Assembly: GCF_036588685.1 (NCBI RefSeq)
Contig: NC_086382.1
Location: forward strand, 44,206,001-44,270,000
Direction of reading: 5' to 3'
DNA: 64,000 nucleotides
Source: Mytilus trossulus
Taxonomy: Eukaryota
The position numbers and the translations under genes are program-made. Shown here one piece after another: positions 1 to 11,905 of this stretch. Numbering within the stretch: the stretch's first letter is position 1; each line of letters starts with the position of its first letter. The notes below the pieces were generated by a model. That model saw nothing but the letters and a program-made list of their open reading frames with translations. It had not been told where the DNA came from and made no database searches.

Positions 1-1333
1 GATAAAGTTGAAGTCCAATTTACTTTAAACTTAGCACAAGTATTCCCTCTGATTTGATCTTTCTAATTGTAATGCTTAATTATAGTTTTACCTCAATTTC
101 ACGGTCCATAAATTATCTGTGACAAACTGCGTTGGGCTTATAAGGGTATTACACTGCACTGGTATTGTATTTAAATCATAGGTTTTACTGACCGTGCCTC
201 TTAAGTGATGAATGATTGAAAGGGGTTCTGAAAGTGGCCCTGCTTTTTAATGAATACATCGAGAAAGTTTCGTGTAGAGACGGTAAAATATCTGCTATTT
301 TTCTTTTGTCCAAGGTCTACAAACCATCACAAATTAACTTAACTAAATGATTGTTGATTGTTTTTGTTTATTGTTTGTGCTCGTATGCACTCGGGACTAT
401 TAAAAGCCTGATATATTGCATAGATGGTGTCGGTCTATTGGTGAAGACAATTTGTTGCCTTCTAGATTAAACCACAGAACATCTCCTTTTGTTGTTATTC
501 AGAAAATCTATGGGATTCTTGAAATTGTAATTTTGTGGGGAATGTAATCGTATTTTTTATAATCACATTCTGGTTTGAAATTAAAACATGTGTATATTTT
601 TTTTTTAAAAGACAAGAAAGTAAAATGATTTAAAATTAACAATGACGCCAAACTTTAAGAAATGTATCAGTTATATCTGTGTGCATGTTTTTCCTTGAAA
701 AGCTTGCTTGATTTAAGGATTTATTTTTTCGATTAATACCTTCTCTCCTCTGTAACGAAAAAAACAACAAAACAATTAACACAATAAAAACAAATAAAAA
801 GCACTTTAATTTAACCAGCTGAAAATATGCCTTTGATGATGGATGTTAACGGCTAATCAAGACATTTATTAAAACAAGTTCGTCTAGTCGCACATGCATT
901 GATTTGGTACACGAAATTTTCATATCAAATATGACAAAGCCTTACAAAGCTTTTATATGAATAAAGCTTGGTGGTTTGAAAATTAACTTGTTAATTTGCA
1001 ATTCCGTTGTTTGATAGAGATATTTTCTCGTGGAATTTGAGGATTATAGAACCCAAAAATGTCCTGTGTGTATCATTCGATTCTTAATTTCGTTGATTAA
1101 TCTATTCATTACTGTCATAATTCGTAACCATCATTTGACAATAGTTTTTGGAATGATAGGACAATTGATCTACGAGGCCTATACAAGTGCTATTCTTATA
1201 GCTATAATGTCTTTTGATATCAAATATAAGCAAGATTTTTCATTTACAGTCCATCGCTTACACCCATTTGATTAGTTAAAAATGCTGCTTTTCTTTTTAA
1301 TAGTTATCAAAGGTACCAGGATTATAATTTAAT

Positions 1334-1377
1334 ACGCCAGACGCGCGTTTCGTCTACAAACGACTCATCAGTGACGC
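1334..1377 (-). ncRNA. Minimal type I hammerhead ribozyme
   Basis: GCGUCA-CUGAUGA-GUC(GUUUGUA)GAC-GAAA-CGCGC-GUC^UGGCGU: complete core, stems I and II, palindromic short stem III. Predicted cleavage between 1340 and 1339. Confidence 0.9.
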
Positions 1378-1689
1378 TCAGACCAAAACAGTTAAAAACC
1401 CAAACAAATACAAAGTTGAAGAGCATTGAGGACCCAAAATTCCAAAAAGTTGTGCCAAATACGGCTAAGGTAAGCTACTCCTGGGCGTAGGAAAATCCTT
1501 AGTTTTTCGAAATATTCAAAGGTTTGTAAACAGAAAATTTATAAAAATGACCATATAATTGATATTCATGTCAACACCGAAGTGCTGACTACTGGGCTGG
1601 TGATACCCTCGGGGACGAAACGTCCACCAGCAGTGGCATCGACCCAGTGGTGTTAATAGTTATCAAAGGTACCAGGATTATAATTTAAT

Positions 1690-1733
1690 ACACCAGACGC
1701 GCGTTTCGTCTACATACGACTCATCAGGGACGC
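1690..1733 (-). ncRNA. Minimal type I hammerhead ribozyme (weakened stem I)
   Basis: Core CUGAUGA/GAAA/GUC intact. Two stem I substitutions (GCGUCC/UGGUGU), including the pair next to the core. Confidence 0.8.
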
Positions 1734-2045
1734 TCAGACCAAAACAGTTAAAAACCCAAACAAATACAAAGTTGAAGAGCATAGAGGACCCAAAATTCCA
1801 AAAAGTTGTGCCAAATACGGCTAAGGTAATCTACTCCTGGGCGTAGGAAAATCCTTAGTTTTTCGAAATATTCAAAGGTTTGTAAACAGAAAATTTATAA
1901 AAATGACCATATAATTGATATTCATGTCAACACCGAAGTGCTGACTACTGGGCTGGTGATACCCTCGGGGACGAAACGTCCACCAGCAGTGGCATCGACC
2001 CAGTGGTGTTAATAGTTATCAAAGGTACCAGGATTATAATTTAAT

Positions 2046-2089
2046 ACGCCAGACGCGCGTTTCGTCTACATACGACTCATCAGTGACGC
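2046..2089 (-). ncRNA. Minimal type I hammerhead ribozyme
   Basis: Intact core and stems; cleavage site exactly 356 nt from the previous one. Confidence 0.9.
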
Positions 2090-2562
2090 TCAGGCCAAAA
2101 CAGTTAAATACCCAAACAAATACAAAGTTGAAGAGCGTTTTAAGTCATGCATCTGACAAATTGATTGAATGTGGTTTTAAGGACGCATCAGACCAAACTA
2201 TAAATATTTACATGAAGCTAATGTGTATCAATTTTATCCGAACCATGACAAAATATGGAACATTGTCAATTTTTTATATCATAATTTTACGTTTATTTTC
2301 AGCAACCACTTTCTAAATCATTAAAGCTTGACGGAAAACATTGATTTTAAACATTTTCGTTACTATTTGAATGCTAAATTCATGAAATTGTAGAGAAACG
2401 AAAGACGTTACTATATGTGAAGATGTCAATGTTTTGTATAGCTATTTCTACGTAGCCACGTGTCCTTGAAGTGTACGTGAAATAAAGACCAATACAGCAA
2501 TCAAAGGGTTTGCTCGTATACATTCAAAACAAAACATAAAATTACACAGGTATATTGCATTG

Positions 2563-2568
2563 TTTATT
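2563..2568 (-). terminator. Poly(A) signal of protease copy 1
   Basis: AATAAA just downstream of the TAA stop; equivalent hexamers follow copies 2 and 3 (~16070, ~27408). Confidence 0.65.
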
Positions 2569-2580
2569 CGGATATTATAT

Positions 2581-5500
2581 TTAGGAATTTGAAGCCATCA
2601 CGAATTCCATCCAGCTTTTGTACACACCAATTCGAGTGTACACGCTTGGACGACTTCCTGGACATCCACTCTGGCCCCAGGATGTTACACCAGCCAGTTG
2701 ACCAGAACAAACCATTGGTCCTCCACTGTCTCCCTAATGATAAATAAAGATGATGAAATATAATGGAGGGGTTAAAGAGTATAGATGTATTTATAGTAGA
2801 CTGTGGACAAATGAAAATGCATTGTATAAAAAAATAAAATAAGTAACATCTACACTTACTTAACACACATGTCTTATGACTAATGTTTCTCTCTTAATAT
2901 CTTCAATAAACGTTTGTCGTTTATTAAACTCTTTGAATATTGATGAATGTAAAATCAGATAAATTTCATGCAAACAATTTCTCAGTAAAGAAACAATTTA
3001 ATCCAACTAAAAACTATGACACGCTGAAATATATATATATAAAAAGCTTCATATAGAAACTTAATCAGTACCTATGTAAGAATATGCATCACTTACGTTG
3101 CAAGCACCGTAACCAGTTCCTTGGAATATACAAATATGGCCGTCAAGTATGTTGTTGCCAGTCCAATAGTTTTTGCACTCACTGTTTCTTAGAACTTGCA
3201 TGCTTAATGCTTTCAAATTAGTGGGTAAACCGCCTAGAAAATAAAAAAAATGACAATTTCATACAAGAGACGTACTAGAGAAACATTATTATAGAATGGT
3301 CATACAGACGAGTTCCAGAGCTGTCTCAAAATTGTCAGTATCCAATCAATTTTATATTATATATTTAAAGAACATTCACTAAGAGCATGTGGACCTTTTC
3401 TAAGGAACAATGGACTTATCCCACAAGTTCTGCCAGATTTTGTTTTCGAAATGTACTAACATGTTCCACAAGTTGTGCCAGACTTTGTTTTAGTTATTTG
3501 CTTACAGGTTTCACAAGTTCTGCCAGACTTTGTTTTAGTTATTTACTTACATGTTCCACAAGTTCTGCCCCACCCAGTGATTTCACATGTCTGGCCAGCA
3601 AACTCGTCAGGACTTCCTGTTGCCAAGGTAATGGCTGAAATACTTCCGGTTAATGACAAACTGGATGACATTTTCATCAATGCAATGTCATTTGGGAATG
3701 TTCCAGATCCTGAGTTGTAGTTTTCGTGCTACAAAAAAACAGTTTATAAAAGGGTTACATTTCGCTTTTTTCACAATTCCAAAATGCAATGTAATGATGC
3801 TTCTTATATACAAAATTTTGTGGGTTTTCAGTAAATTGTTTTTCAGATTATTTTTTAAATGTTTGTACTACGATCTGTTTTACAAATCAAATATCATGAG
3901 AATATATTACAAAGGAATTTTTTGTGACAATTTGATAACATTTACATATCATTATTTATTTACTTATTAGCTTTCATAACAGAATGCAGACATTATATGA
4001 ATAATATTTCAGAATGACTTATAAATTATTGCATGTATAAGACTTGGGATCCCATAGCTTACATATTATGCCCGATGATTATATTCGGACCCAATTTCAA
4101 ATAGTCCATCATGACATATCGAATTTTTTTCATGTTTATGTTGAGGGGTCTGTGATGCCTAACACGTATTAAGTGAAAGTATCAGGATATTAGTTATATA
4201 TGTTCATTTTAGATATTTTAATTATCACAAACACGTTTTTAAAGGTTGGCCAGATTCACTGTAGTGTCGTATATATGTTCATATACTTCTTCATTTTTGG
4301 TACTGAAAAGTCTTGCAGTTTACTTTTATTTTTATACCTTATATATGTGATAAAAATTATAAACATTATTGTCGACTCTAACAATATAATGTAATGGTGG
4401 AGATTTTTATACTTAACATTAGACTGATTGGTAAAATCTCTAAAAAAAAAAATCAAGCCTTGTATCTTACCTTCTCTTCATTTGTAGGAAAATCATTTGG
4501 GGAAAAGCAATCGCATGGAGACCGTGTATATTTAAAACGGGATTAGAAGGCGAGGTTTCCTATAATGTCAAAATATCACTGTGTAACTAATAATACACAA
4601 CTGTGTATAGGGGGATATATAAAAAAGAAGATGTGGTATGATTGCCAACGAGACAACTATCCACAATAGACCAAAATGACACAAACATTAAATACTATAG
4701 GTCACCGTACGGCCTTCAACAATGAGCAAAGCCCATACCGCATAGTAAGCTATAACTGTAGTTTTGTCAATACTAGACAAACACGTATTTTACCCTAATT
4801 GATTAAAGAAATAAATGATCAGAATATTACCGATACGATGAGCTCTATACTTCTTGTAGTGCCACCACTAGCATGAGCTGAAGATCCTGCTCGTATCCTG
4901 TAGTCTTGTCTGAATACAGAGAGAGAAAAAATATGTATTTTATTATCTATCAGCAATATGGGAGAGCAAAATGTGGTTTCATATCACTGGTGGTCTTTTA
5001 CATGTTCTAACTATATGAAACACACTACAAAGGAACCTACAACTAAAAGTCTTATAACAAAGTGTTTTGCTAAATACAAGTGGTTACGTTAGAAGGAATA
5101 ACTCTATAAATTCCAAAATTGATTTCATATTTTCCTCTTTGTTATCACCAAATTAACCTTAGAGCCTGTTGTGTGGATCGGTGGTTACCTCAAACCACTC
5201 CGGAATCGACCAATCATGAAAAACTGACCTTCAACAAATAGTCAATGGTGTCAGTGTGGCGTTGAACATAAAATAATCCATTTGCTGAGCTGTACAAGTA
5301 TATTAGTTTTTTATCTTTGCAATACGCCACAAAACATGGCTTGAATATTGATAATTATTTACTTGTAAAACAATGGCAAAACAAAATAAAAGAACATGGA
5401 GACCGAAAAACCCAAATATAATCCGTTTGGAAACGTTTTTTGAAAAATGTCAAGAAAGATTAAGTGTTAACCGATACTTAGAAATATGTTGAAAATGAAA

Positions 5501-7784
5501 GCGCTAAATCAAATATAGATACTAAGTAGGTGATTGTTGTTCTTGAAAAAACGCATTTGACCATCCACCAGTCCTTGCAGTCATTCAATGATCAGTTCTT
5601 CATTACTTGAATTATATATATCAGTAGATCTTGATGTGGGCATATAAGTTAAAAAAAAATTCTGTTATCACAATGTATCTATACACTTACGGTCTAGAAC
5701 TGTCGACACAATGTGCAGCCGTTACAATCCAGTCAGCATTCACAATGGCACCTCCACAAATATGGCTATTACTTCTTTGTAGGGACACTTGATGAGGGTG
5801 CTGGGAAATTGTTGTATCTTCACCACCGACGATTTTCCCTTTCACATCATCGACCTAGAATGATAAAATATCAAAATTGATAATAATATAGGGTTATTGC
5901 ATGAATATAAGGGAATATTGTCCCGAGTAGAATTTTATATTGCACCAGCTTGCGAGTCATGATTTTTTGAAGATTCATTGTACTAGTGCAATATTGGAAT
6001 TTATTGCACGCTAACTTTTTGTTACTTTCTATGGGAAATATTATATTGCTATGTAATAATAATTATTGATGCATTAGTTGTATTAACAATCGGAGGGTTG
6101 TCAACATGTGAATTCACATACTTAGCCTTTCGGTCCGGACATAATAAAGTGCGGAATTATGTGCCTATCATAACAATAATAATAAGATATCAAAATTTAT
6201 AATAATAATGATAAAATATCAAAATTTATCAAAATAATGATAAAATATCAAAATTTATAATAGTTATAATAAAATTTCAAAATTTATAGAATAACTATAT
6301 CTATTTATACATAAGTTGTCGGAACAATCTGAGGGTTGTCAACATATACATACACATACTATTTCTTTGTGTCCAGACAAAATAGAGTGCGAAAGTGCGG
6401 CAGTATGTGCCAAATTCTTTCTCATTCTTAAGGTCATATTAATCTATCTTTTCTATGTTTCCCATTATACTTATTGCGTTATGTTCTAGCACCCCACTAT
6501 TCTCTATGCTTGATTTTATGTCTATTTTTTATTTGTATTTGTCCTTTTTAAAACCAATTTTCAAACCCCATCCAACAGTTGCAAAGAGGAGTTTCAATGA
6601 TAACTGGGGTTTTTTTTCACATCAGGATCAATTTTCCAAAAGACTATTAATCTTTACTGTTACATGTAAATATATCACCAAACGAAAAACGCATAACGAC
6701 GGATGAAAATCATAAGTTTGACAGAAATGTTAGCAAATTTTGAGACTTATTCTAACACAAGTGTGATGACATCGTTGATTAAAACAAATAGCCTGTAGTT
6801 AAAATTAGCGATGTCCTCCTACGCAAAGTTTGAGACCAAATGACACAGAAATTAACAACTACTTGTATAGGTCACCGTACGACCTTGAACAATTAACAAT
6901 GCCCATACCGCAATAGTCAGCTGTAAAAGGCCCCGAAATGACTGTTTATAATTTAATACTATATAAACAGTAAAGAATGTGACACCTTTTTTAGACTTCG
7001 ACCCTGAGAGTGAACCAACTACATGCAAAATTGACTCTATTTCTTTAAAAAAAAAAAAAAAAGGAGATGTCGCATGATTGCTAACGAAACAGCTGTCCCC
7101 AAAATTATACCCAGTTATTTATAAACAAGAAAGCTTACCGGCCATGTGTCTCCCCTTTCTACACTTTCTATCAGCTCTTTCGCTGGTTGCCATATGTCAA
7201 CAGCAGAGACTGTAATAATAAATAAAAAGTAAGAAATGAGATAAATTATTTACAACAAACCAAAAAGACACAACGCGCAATGATAATTCACAGTTAGTTG
7301 CTCATTTTTGTAAAGTTAATAATATTTATAATTTATTTTATTAGAATAATACTTGATTCCAAAAGTAGCATGTAGAGATAACTGGATAACTTTATAAAAT
7401 GTTAGACAAATCAATTATATATGCACCATATCACATACAAATACGAGTAGCCTTCTTCTTATTTTAGCCCACTTTATATAATAAATTTTAAGTTACAATT
7501 CACCAAAAATGTATTTACCCACTTCCAATCAGATACATTTTTTTTATTAAACTTCAAAAGGCAAAATGAAGCATCTTTAATGTATTTTTTTATTGTATAA
7601 ATGTATAAATACCATCAAAATTGTTCATATCAATGAATGAAATGACCTAATTTTAGAGCTTTTTTAATATATTCGGGTAACATATATATGAAGCACCAAG
7701 ACAAATGTAATAGACTAGAATAAATAAAGGAAGAAAAAACATACCAGCTACAATCAGTGTAAACACAAGTACTGAGGCTCCCAT
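2581..7784 (-). CDS. Secreted S1A serine protease, chymotrypsin/elastase-like (copy 1), 7 exons, 273 aa
   Basis: Exons 7784-7745, 7209-7139, 5854-5691, 4909-4831, 3728-3551, 3233-3097, 2733-2581. All introns are GT..AG with compatible phases; total 822 nt. Signal peptide [16 protein letters not shown], activation site VDDVKGK|IVGG, catalytic motifs TAAHC, NDIAL, GACNGDSGGP. The S1 pocket is G189/G216/S226 (no Asp189), so it is not trypsin-type. Confidence 0.95.
3421..3569. repeat. 45-bp minisatellite spanning the exon 5/intron 5 junction (copy 1, ~4 units)
   Basis: Minus-strand unit GGCAGAACTTGTGGAACAT|GTAAGTAAATAACTAAAACAAAGTCT. Confidence 0.9.
4621..4755 (+). repeat. Abundant interspersed repeat (GAAGATGTGGTATGATTGCCAA...GGCCTTCAACAATGAGC family)
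   Basis: Further copies at ~6830, 8310, 10820, 18250, 20460, 21940, 23460, 45960 and 56592 (+), and 58100-58391 and 63680-63955 (-). Confidence 0.85.
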
Positions 7785-7834
7785 CTTTCTTCTTCGTAGA
7801 TGTCCGACTAGTGACAAACTTTAAAATAATTAGC

Positions 7835-7842
7835 TTTTTATA
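7835..7842 (-). promoter_or_regulatory. TATA box of protease copy 1
   Basis: TATAAAAA about 50 nt upstream of the ATG, at the same position in all three copies. Confidence 0.75.
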
Positions 7843-8974
7843 CATGGTGTAAAATGAAACTTGCACGTCGTGCATGACACTTGTGTATTTCTAAGTCACC
7901 TATATAAACACTTAAAATTGAAATTTATAGACTCTGGACAAAAGCTAGAGATACTTCAAATTACTGCTGAACACACTTTATAGTTTGAATTTAGTAATTT
8001 ATTGTCGGCTATCAGTTTGACGAAAAATAGTAAGAACTGATAACACGTGTTATAACATGTACTAAATATTGCTTAAAATGGTTTTTACTTCTACAAAACT
8101 TATGAAATAAATTTAGGTAAATACATTTGAAATTTATTGAATAATAAAGAACAATAATTAAAAGCAAAGAACGTTTTTCTTTAGAGAACTATGATCACAA
8201 AGTTTCTGAAATATTTTTATCCCATCATGTCTTATGTTGACTTGTATTTTTATGTAATTGTATGTTTTATGCGGTTCACCATGTCTTACAGCAGTGTTAT
8301 TATAAAAACGAAAATGTCAATGAGACAACTTTTCGGAAGAGACCAAATGACACAGAAAGTAACAACTTACTAACTAACTATGAGCAAATCCGATGCCGGA
8401 TAGTCTTATGCATCTTAAGTGTCAACTATTGTGCAGATATTTTGCATTGCCTTCAAAGTTGAGACTCGCTATTATAATTCATCAGATTAAAATACTGAAA
8501 AGTGTTTTTGACTGCGTTTGTGAACAAACTGCGTACAAAAGGTATAACGAAATTATGAAACTACTCATCTTGTCATTTACTATATAAAGAAAGGAACAAA
8601 CACACTCAATGATGAAATTGTTATTGAGGTTAATAACATGCAATAATAGAAAAATGTCTCTATTTTCAAAATGTGTACAAGTTAAAATCGTTTTTAAACA
8701 ATATGTTGTACATGTTCATGTGATAACATATACGGGGTACTTTTGGACATATTTTAACATGTATGTTTGGATTGGGCAATTTATATCATGTACAATATAC
8801 TTTTACATGTTATAACATGCACAAAATCGCAACTTGTTCATTACATGTATATATATCAAGGTGAAAGATTTTTTTTTCTCTATTCATATACAATGAACAC
8901 AATTTATTAATCTAATGAAAAATTAGTATGTTTTAATAATTGTTTATTTTGCTAATTATGTTATGAATAAGTAT

Positions 8975-9672
8975 CAGTCAGGGGCATTACTTAAACAAGT
9001 TACAATTAACATTACCTATACAAGTAATGTTGAAAACGAGGCTTATTTAAATATAACTTATATAAGTTATTTTTCTGAATATTATTTTTATAGGTGTCCA
9101 AGAATACAGATTTTACTAGCTTTGAATAATTTTCACAGTTATCTGGTTATTTTTCCCTTGAAATATAAAAACTAATTCTTCAGAAACACTAATTAACTTT
9201 CCGACGCACTTATCTTTCATACCGACGCTTCTGGGTCAAAGATTGGTCTTTTGGGACTATTACATTATCATTTTCCTCTAAAATCTTGAATGTAGACTGA
9301 TATAAATAGATAGATACTTGTGAATTGATTAAGACCTGAAGTTATTTATAATTTGTAACCTAAATCAAGTACATGTGTGCCTTAGATAAGTGTGATTGCA
9401 ATTTTTTTCAAAAATGTTTAAAATAACGCATTCAAGTAATATTTTTGTCATTATTTTCAAAGTAACCCTTTATCTCTATACTCCTCTCAAATCTGATAAA
9501 TTCTTTATTTTATGATATAAAATGTTGTTTAAAATCATGAAAACTACATTTAATGTATGTTTCTATTGAAAATTAAAATAACTCTATTAAGTAATTTTAT
9601 TATTTTTAAAATAAAAAATTACTTTTATCAGTAATTAAAAAAAATAACTTGTTTAAGTAACGCCCCTGACTG
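8975..9672. mobile_element. MITE, 698 bp, 28-bp TIRs
   Basis: TIR CAGTCAGGGGCRTTACTTAAACAAGTTA, flanked by duplicated AGTAT. The empty site GAATAAGTATATTG is visible in the paralog at ~22611-22624. Confidence 0.9.
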
Positions 9673-10494
9673 AGTATATTGTATTTAATCTGCTTTTTAT
9701 AGGACACCATGATTGGTTGATAAAATTATCAAACATTTATTGATAACGCCCACACATAAATGTGTTACATGCGGTTTAAGTATAGCACTCAAACAATAAA
9801 ATGAGGCATTATGCATGCTGTACTTTTAAAAGGAGAGGAATTGATTTGTAGATATTTTAGAATAAACAAGCATTTTTCTTTATAACATTAAATTCATGTG
9901 TATAGACTTATGTATTTCATAGTAGAATGGACAATAGAAGTATTGTGGATTAATAGTATAATATCTGGGTAGATATATTTTATTCTACTATTTTTCATGC
10001 TGTTAGGCTACTGGACTTGTAGAATCCTCTGGGACAGATTGTCTATTAGCAGGTTCTGGTTCGGTGGTATTAATAAATAAAGGCAACAGTAATATACTGT
10101 TTAAATCAGTCTATACCTAACTAGAATTGGCAACGTAAATTTTCCGAATTTTTCATTCACCACAAATTTAGGTTCAGTATTTCTAATTTTCATTATTCTT
10201 TTAGAAAAAATCTAATGCATCTGTTGAATTATTTTCAAATTCTTAACCTCAAAACCATAAAGAATTGAGTGTATCAAAGAATAAAACATTTCAGTTACAA
10301 ATCTATAGGAATGTTTTCGTTTCTAACCATTCGATATATAAAATCCATCGATTTCTGCGCTTAGTCAATAAGTTTGTTATTTTATCTAAAACAGTACTGT
10401 TATATTTAAAGATAATACACAAATAAGAAAAGTCTTCAACAACCTCAAGTCCATTGTGATTTAATTGCCCTGCTCTCCAAGTTTAATGAATAAT

Positions 10495-10670
10495 TAGGTA
10501 CCAGGCTATTAATCAATACGCCAGACGCGCGTTTCGTCTTCATAAGACTTATCAGGGACGCTCAGATCAACATAGCTATAAAGACAAACAAGTGCAAAGT
10601 TGAAGAGCATGTATGACCAAGAATTCCAAAAGGCTGTGTCAAATACGGATAAGGTAATGCATGCCGTGGA
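10495..10670 (-). mobile_element. Degenerate retrozyme fragment (356-bp family)
   Basis: Similar to 1313-1480; hammerhead core mutated to CUGAUAA (10518-10561). Confidence 0.75.
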
Positions 10671-11029
10671 TAATCCCTGCATGCAATATCACATTAAAAA
10701 GCTCAGTGTAAATACATATCACAATGGTAGAGAGTTTTTCAAAAACTATTTTAGTATTCTGTCTGTACCAAGAGCTTTATCGTGTTTCAAGTATCCACCA
10801 CCTCTTGTTATATAATGATAAAAATGAAGATGTGTTAACTCTCCACACGAGACCAAATGACACTGAAATTAACAACTATAGGTCACCGTAAGGCCTTCAA
10901 CAACAATGTACAAAGCCTATACCGCATAGTCAGCTATAAAAGGCCCCTATAATGACAAATGGCAAACAATTCAAACGAGAAAACTATTGGCCAAATATAT
11001 GTACAAAAATAACTCCATTTGAAAGTTCA

Positions 11030-11575
11030 TTATAAATTGGTCCACTCAACTACCGCATTTATATTAATATCATTTAAATTGTCTTCATCACTTGCATTCA
11101 TGATTCTAAAATGTTCATGGGTTGCTTTAATACAGATAGATGGTTTGTACTGATATTTTTTTTTTAGTGTCATCCATAATACCTTAATTGTTCGATAATG
11201 ATCTGAGTTGATCAGAACAGTTTTCTCTATACCGCTGATAAGTAATGTTAAGTGTCTTGTGGTATTCATTGACCGTACTATTTATTGCTAGCTTATTATC
11301 ACCTGAATTTACTGTATTATACAGATTTCTAGCCTTGCGAAACTAAAAACGTTTGTCTTTGCAATTTGTATCAAACCATGGTCTATTTTCCTGTCGGGAT
11401 GAACCAGTTTCTTTTGTCTTTTGTTAGTACTCTTTCTGTCGTATCTAAACGTTTATCATCCTTTTTATCAACTAGGCAGTTCACCATTTCAAAAGTAACA
11501 TTATTTGTGTCAATATTACTCAAAATGTTATCAATCTGTTGTGAACTGCCTGGAGTAAGGTAGTGTTTGATGCAG
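11030..11575 (-). mobile_element. Decayed LINE ORF2 fragment (endonuclease-RT linker); paralog at ~23680-24235
   Basis: The paralog translates as ENRPWFDNNCKDKRF*FRKARNVYN...KEYHK...LW, the PWF..C..R pattern typical of LINE ORF2 linkers; interrupted by stops and frameshifts. Confidence 0.6.
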
Positions 11576-11905
11576 TGAAAGTCCAATCAACGTGAAACCG
11601 AGTACACATGTTCATGTTCCTATGATAATTTTAATGCCAAATAAGAGTTTTTCCCCAATTTCAAGGTCCACTGAACATAGATAACGATAGTGCGAGTAGA
11701 CCATCCGTGTATTATGGAGATATTCTTGTTAAAAATGTCTTCCAGAAAAGATTAATCTGTAACAAATTACCTTAGGCTTATAAGGGTATTACACTGCACT
11801 AGGTTTGTATTTCAATCCTAGGTAGCAATACACAGTTAGGAAAAACTTTAAATTGACACTCATAATTTCTAACAATCTTTTTCCCGTTCCTTTTTTCAAA
11901 AATAA

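Larger units (their letters stand above)
1299..2137 (-). mobile_element. Non-LTR retrozyme tandem array (356-bp unit, ~2.3 copies)
   Basis: Direct repeats start at 1299, 1655 and 2011. Each carries a minus-strand hammerhead core. The array is absent from the paralogous 3' flanks of copies 2 and 3. Confidence 0.85.

Noticed and set aside
1596-1630. Plus-strand hammerhead-like CUGGUGA...GAAACGUC
   Set aside because: A6 is absent, stem I does not form, and GAAAC is replaced in the second family; it is the antisense of the minus-strand module.
2564-2866. ORF-track proteins containing [19 protein letters not shown] (also 16071-16370 and 27409-27777)
   Set aside because: Wrong frame over protease exon 7; the real frame reads GDSGGPMVC.
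3475-3720. Plus-strand ORFs with [10 protein letters not shown] repeats (also 17036-17350 and 28490-28894)
   Set aside because: Antisense to exon 5 and the 45-bp minisatellite.
7630-8815. Short ORFs repeated in two copies (7630-7875 / 21260-21505; 8191-8373 / 21829-22113)
   Set aside because: The similarity is explained by the recent segmental duplication; they overlap promoter, intron or repeat sequence.
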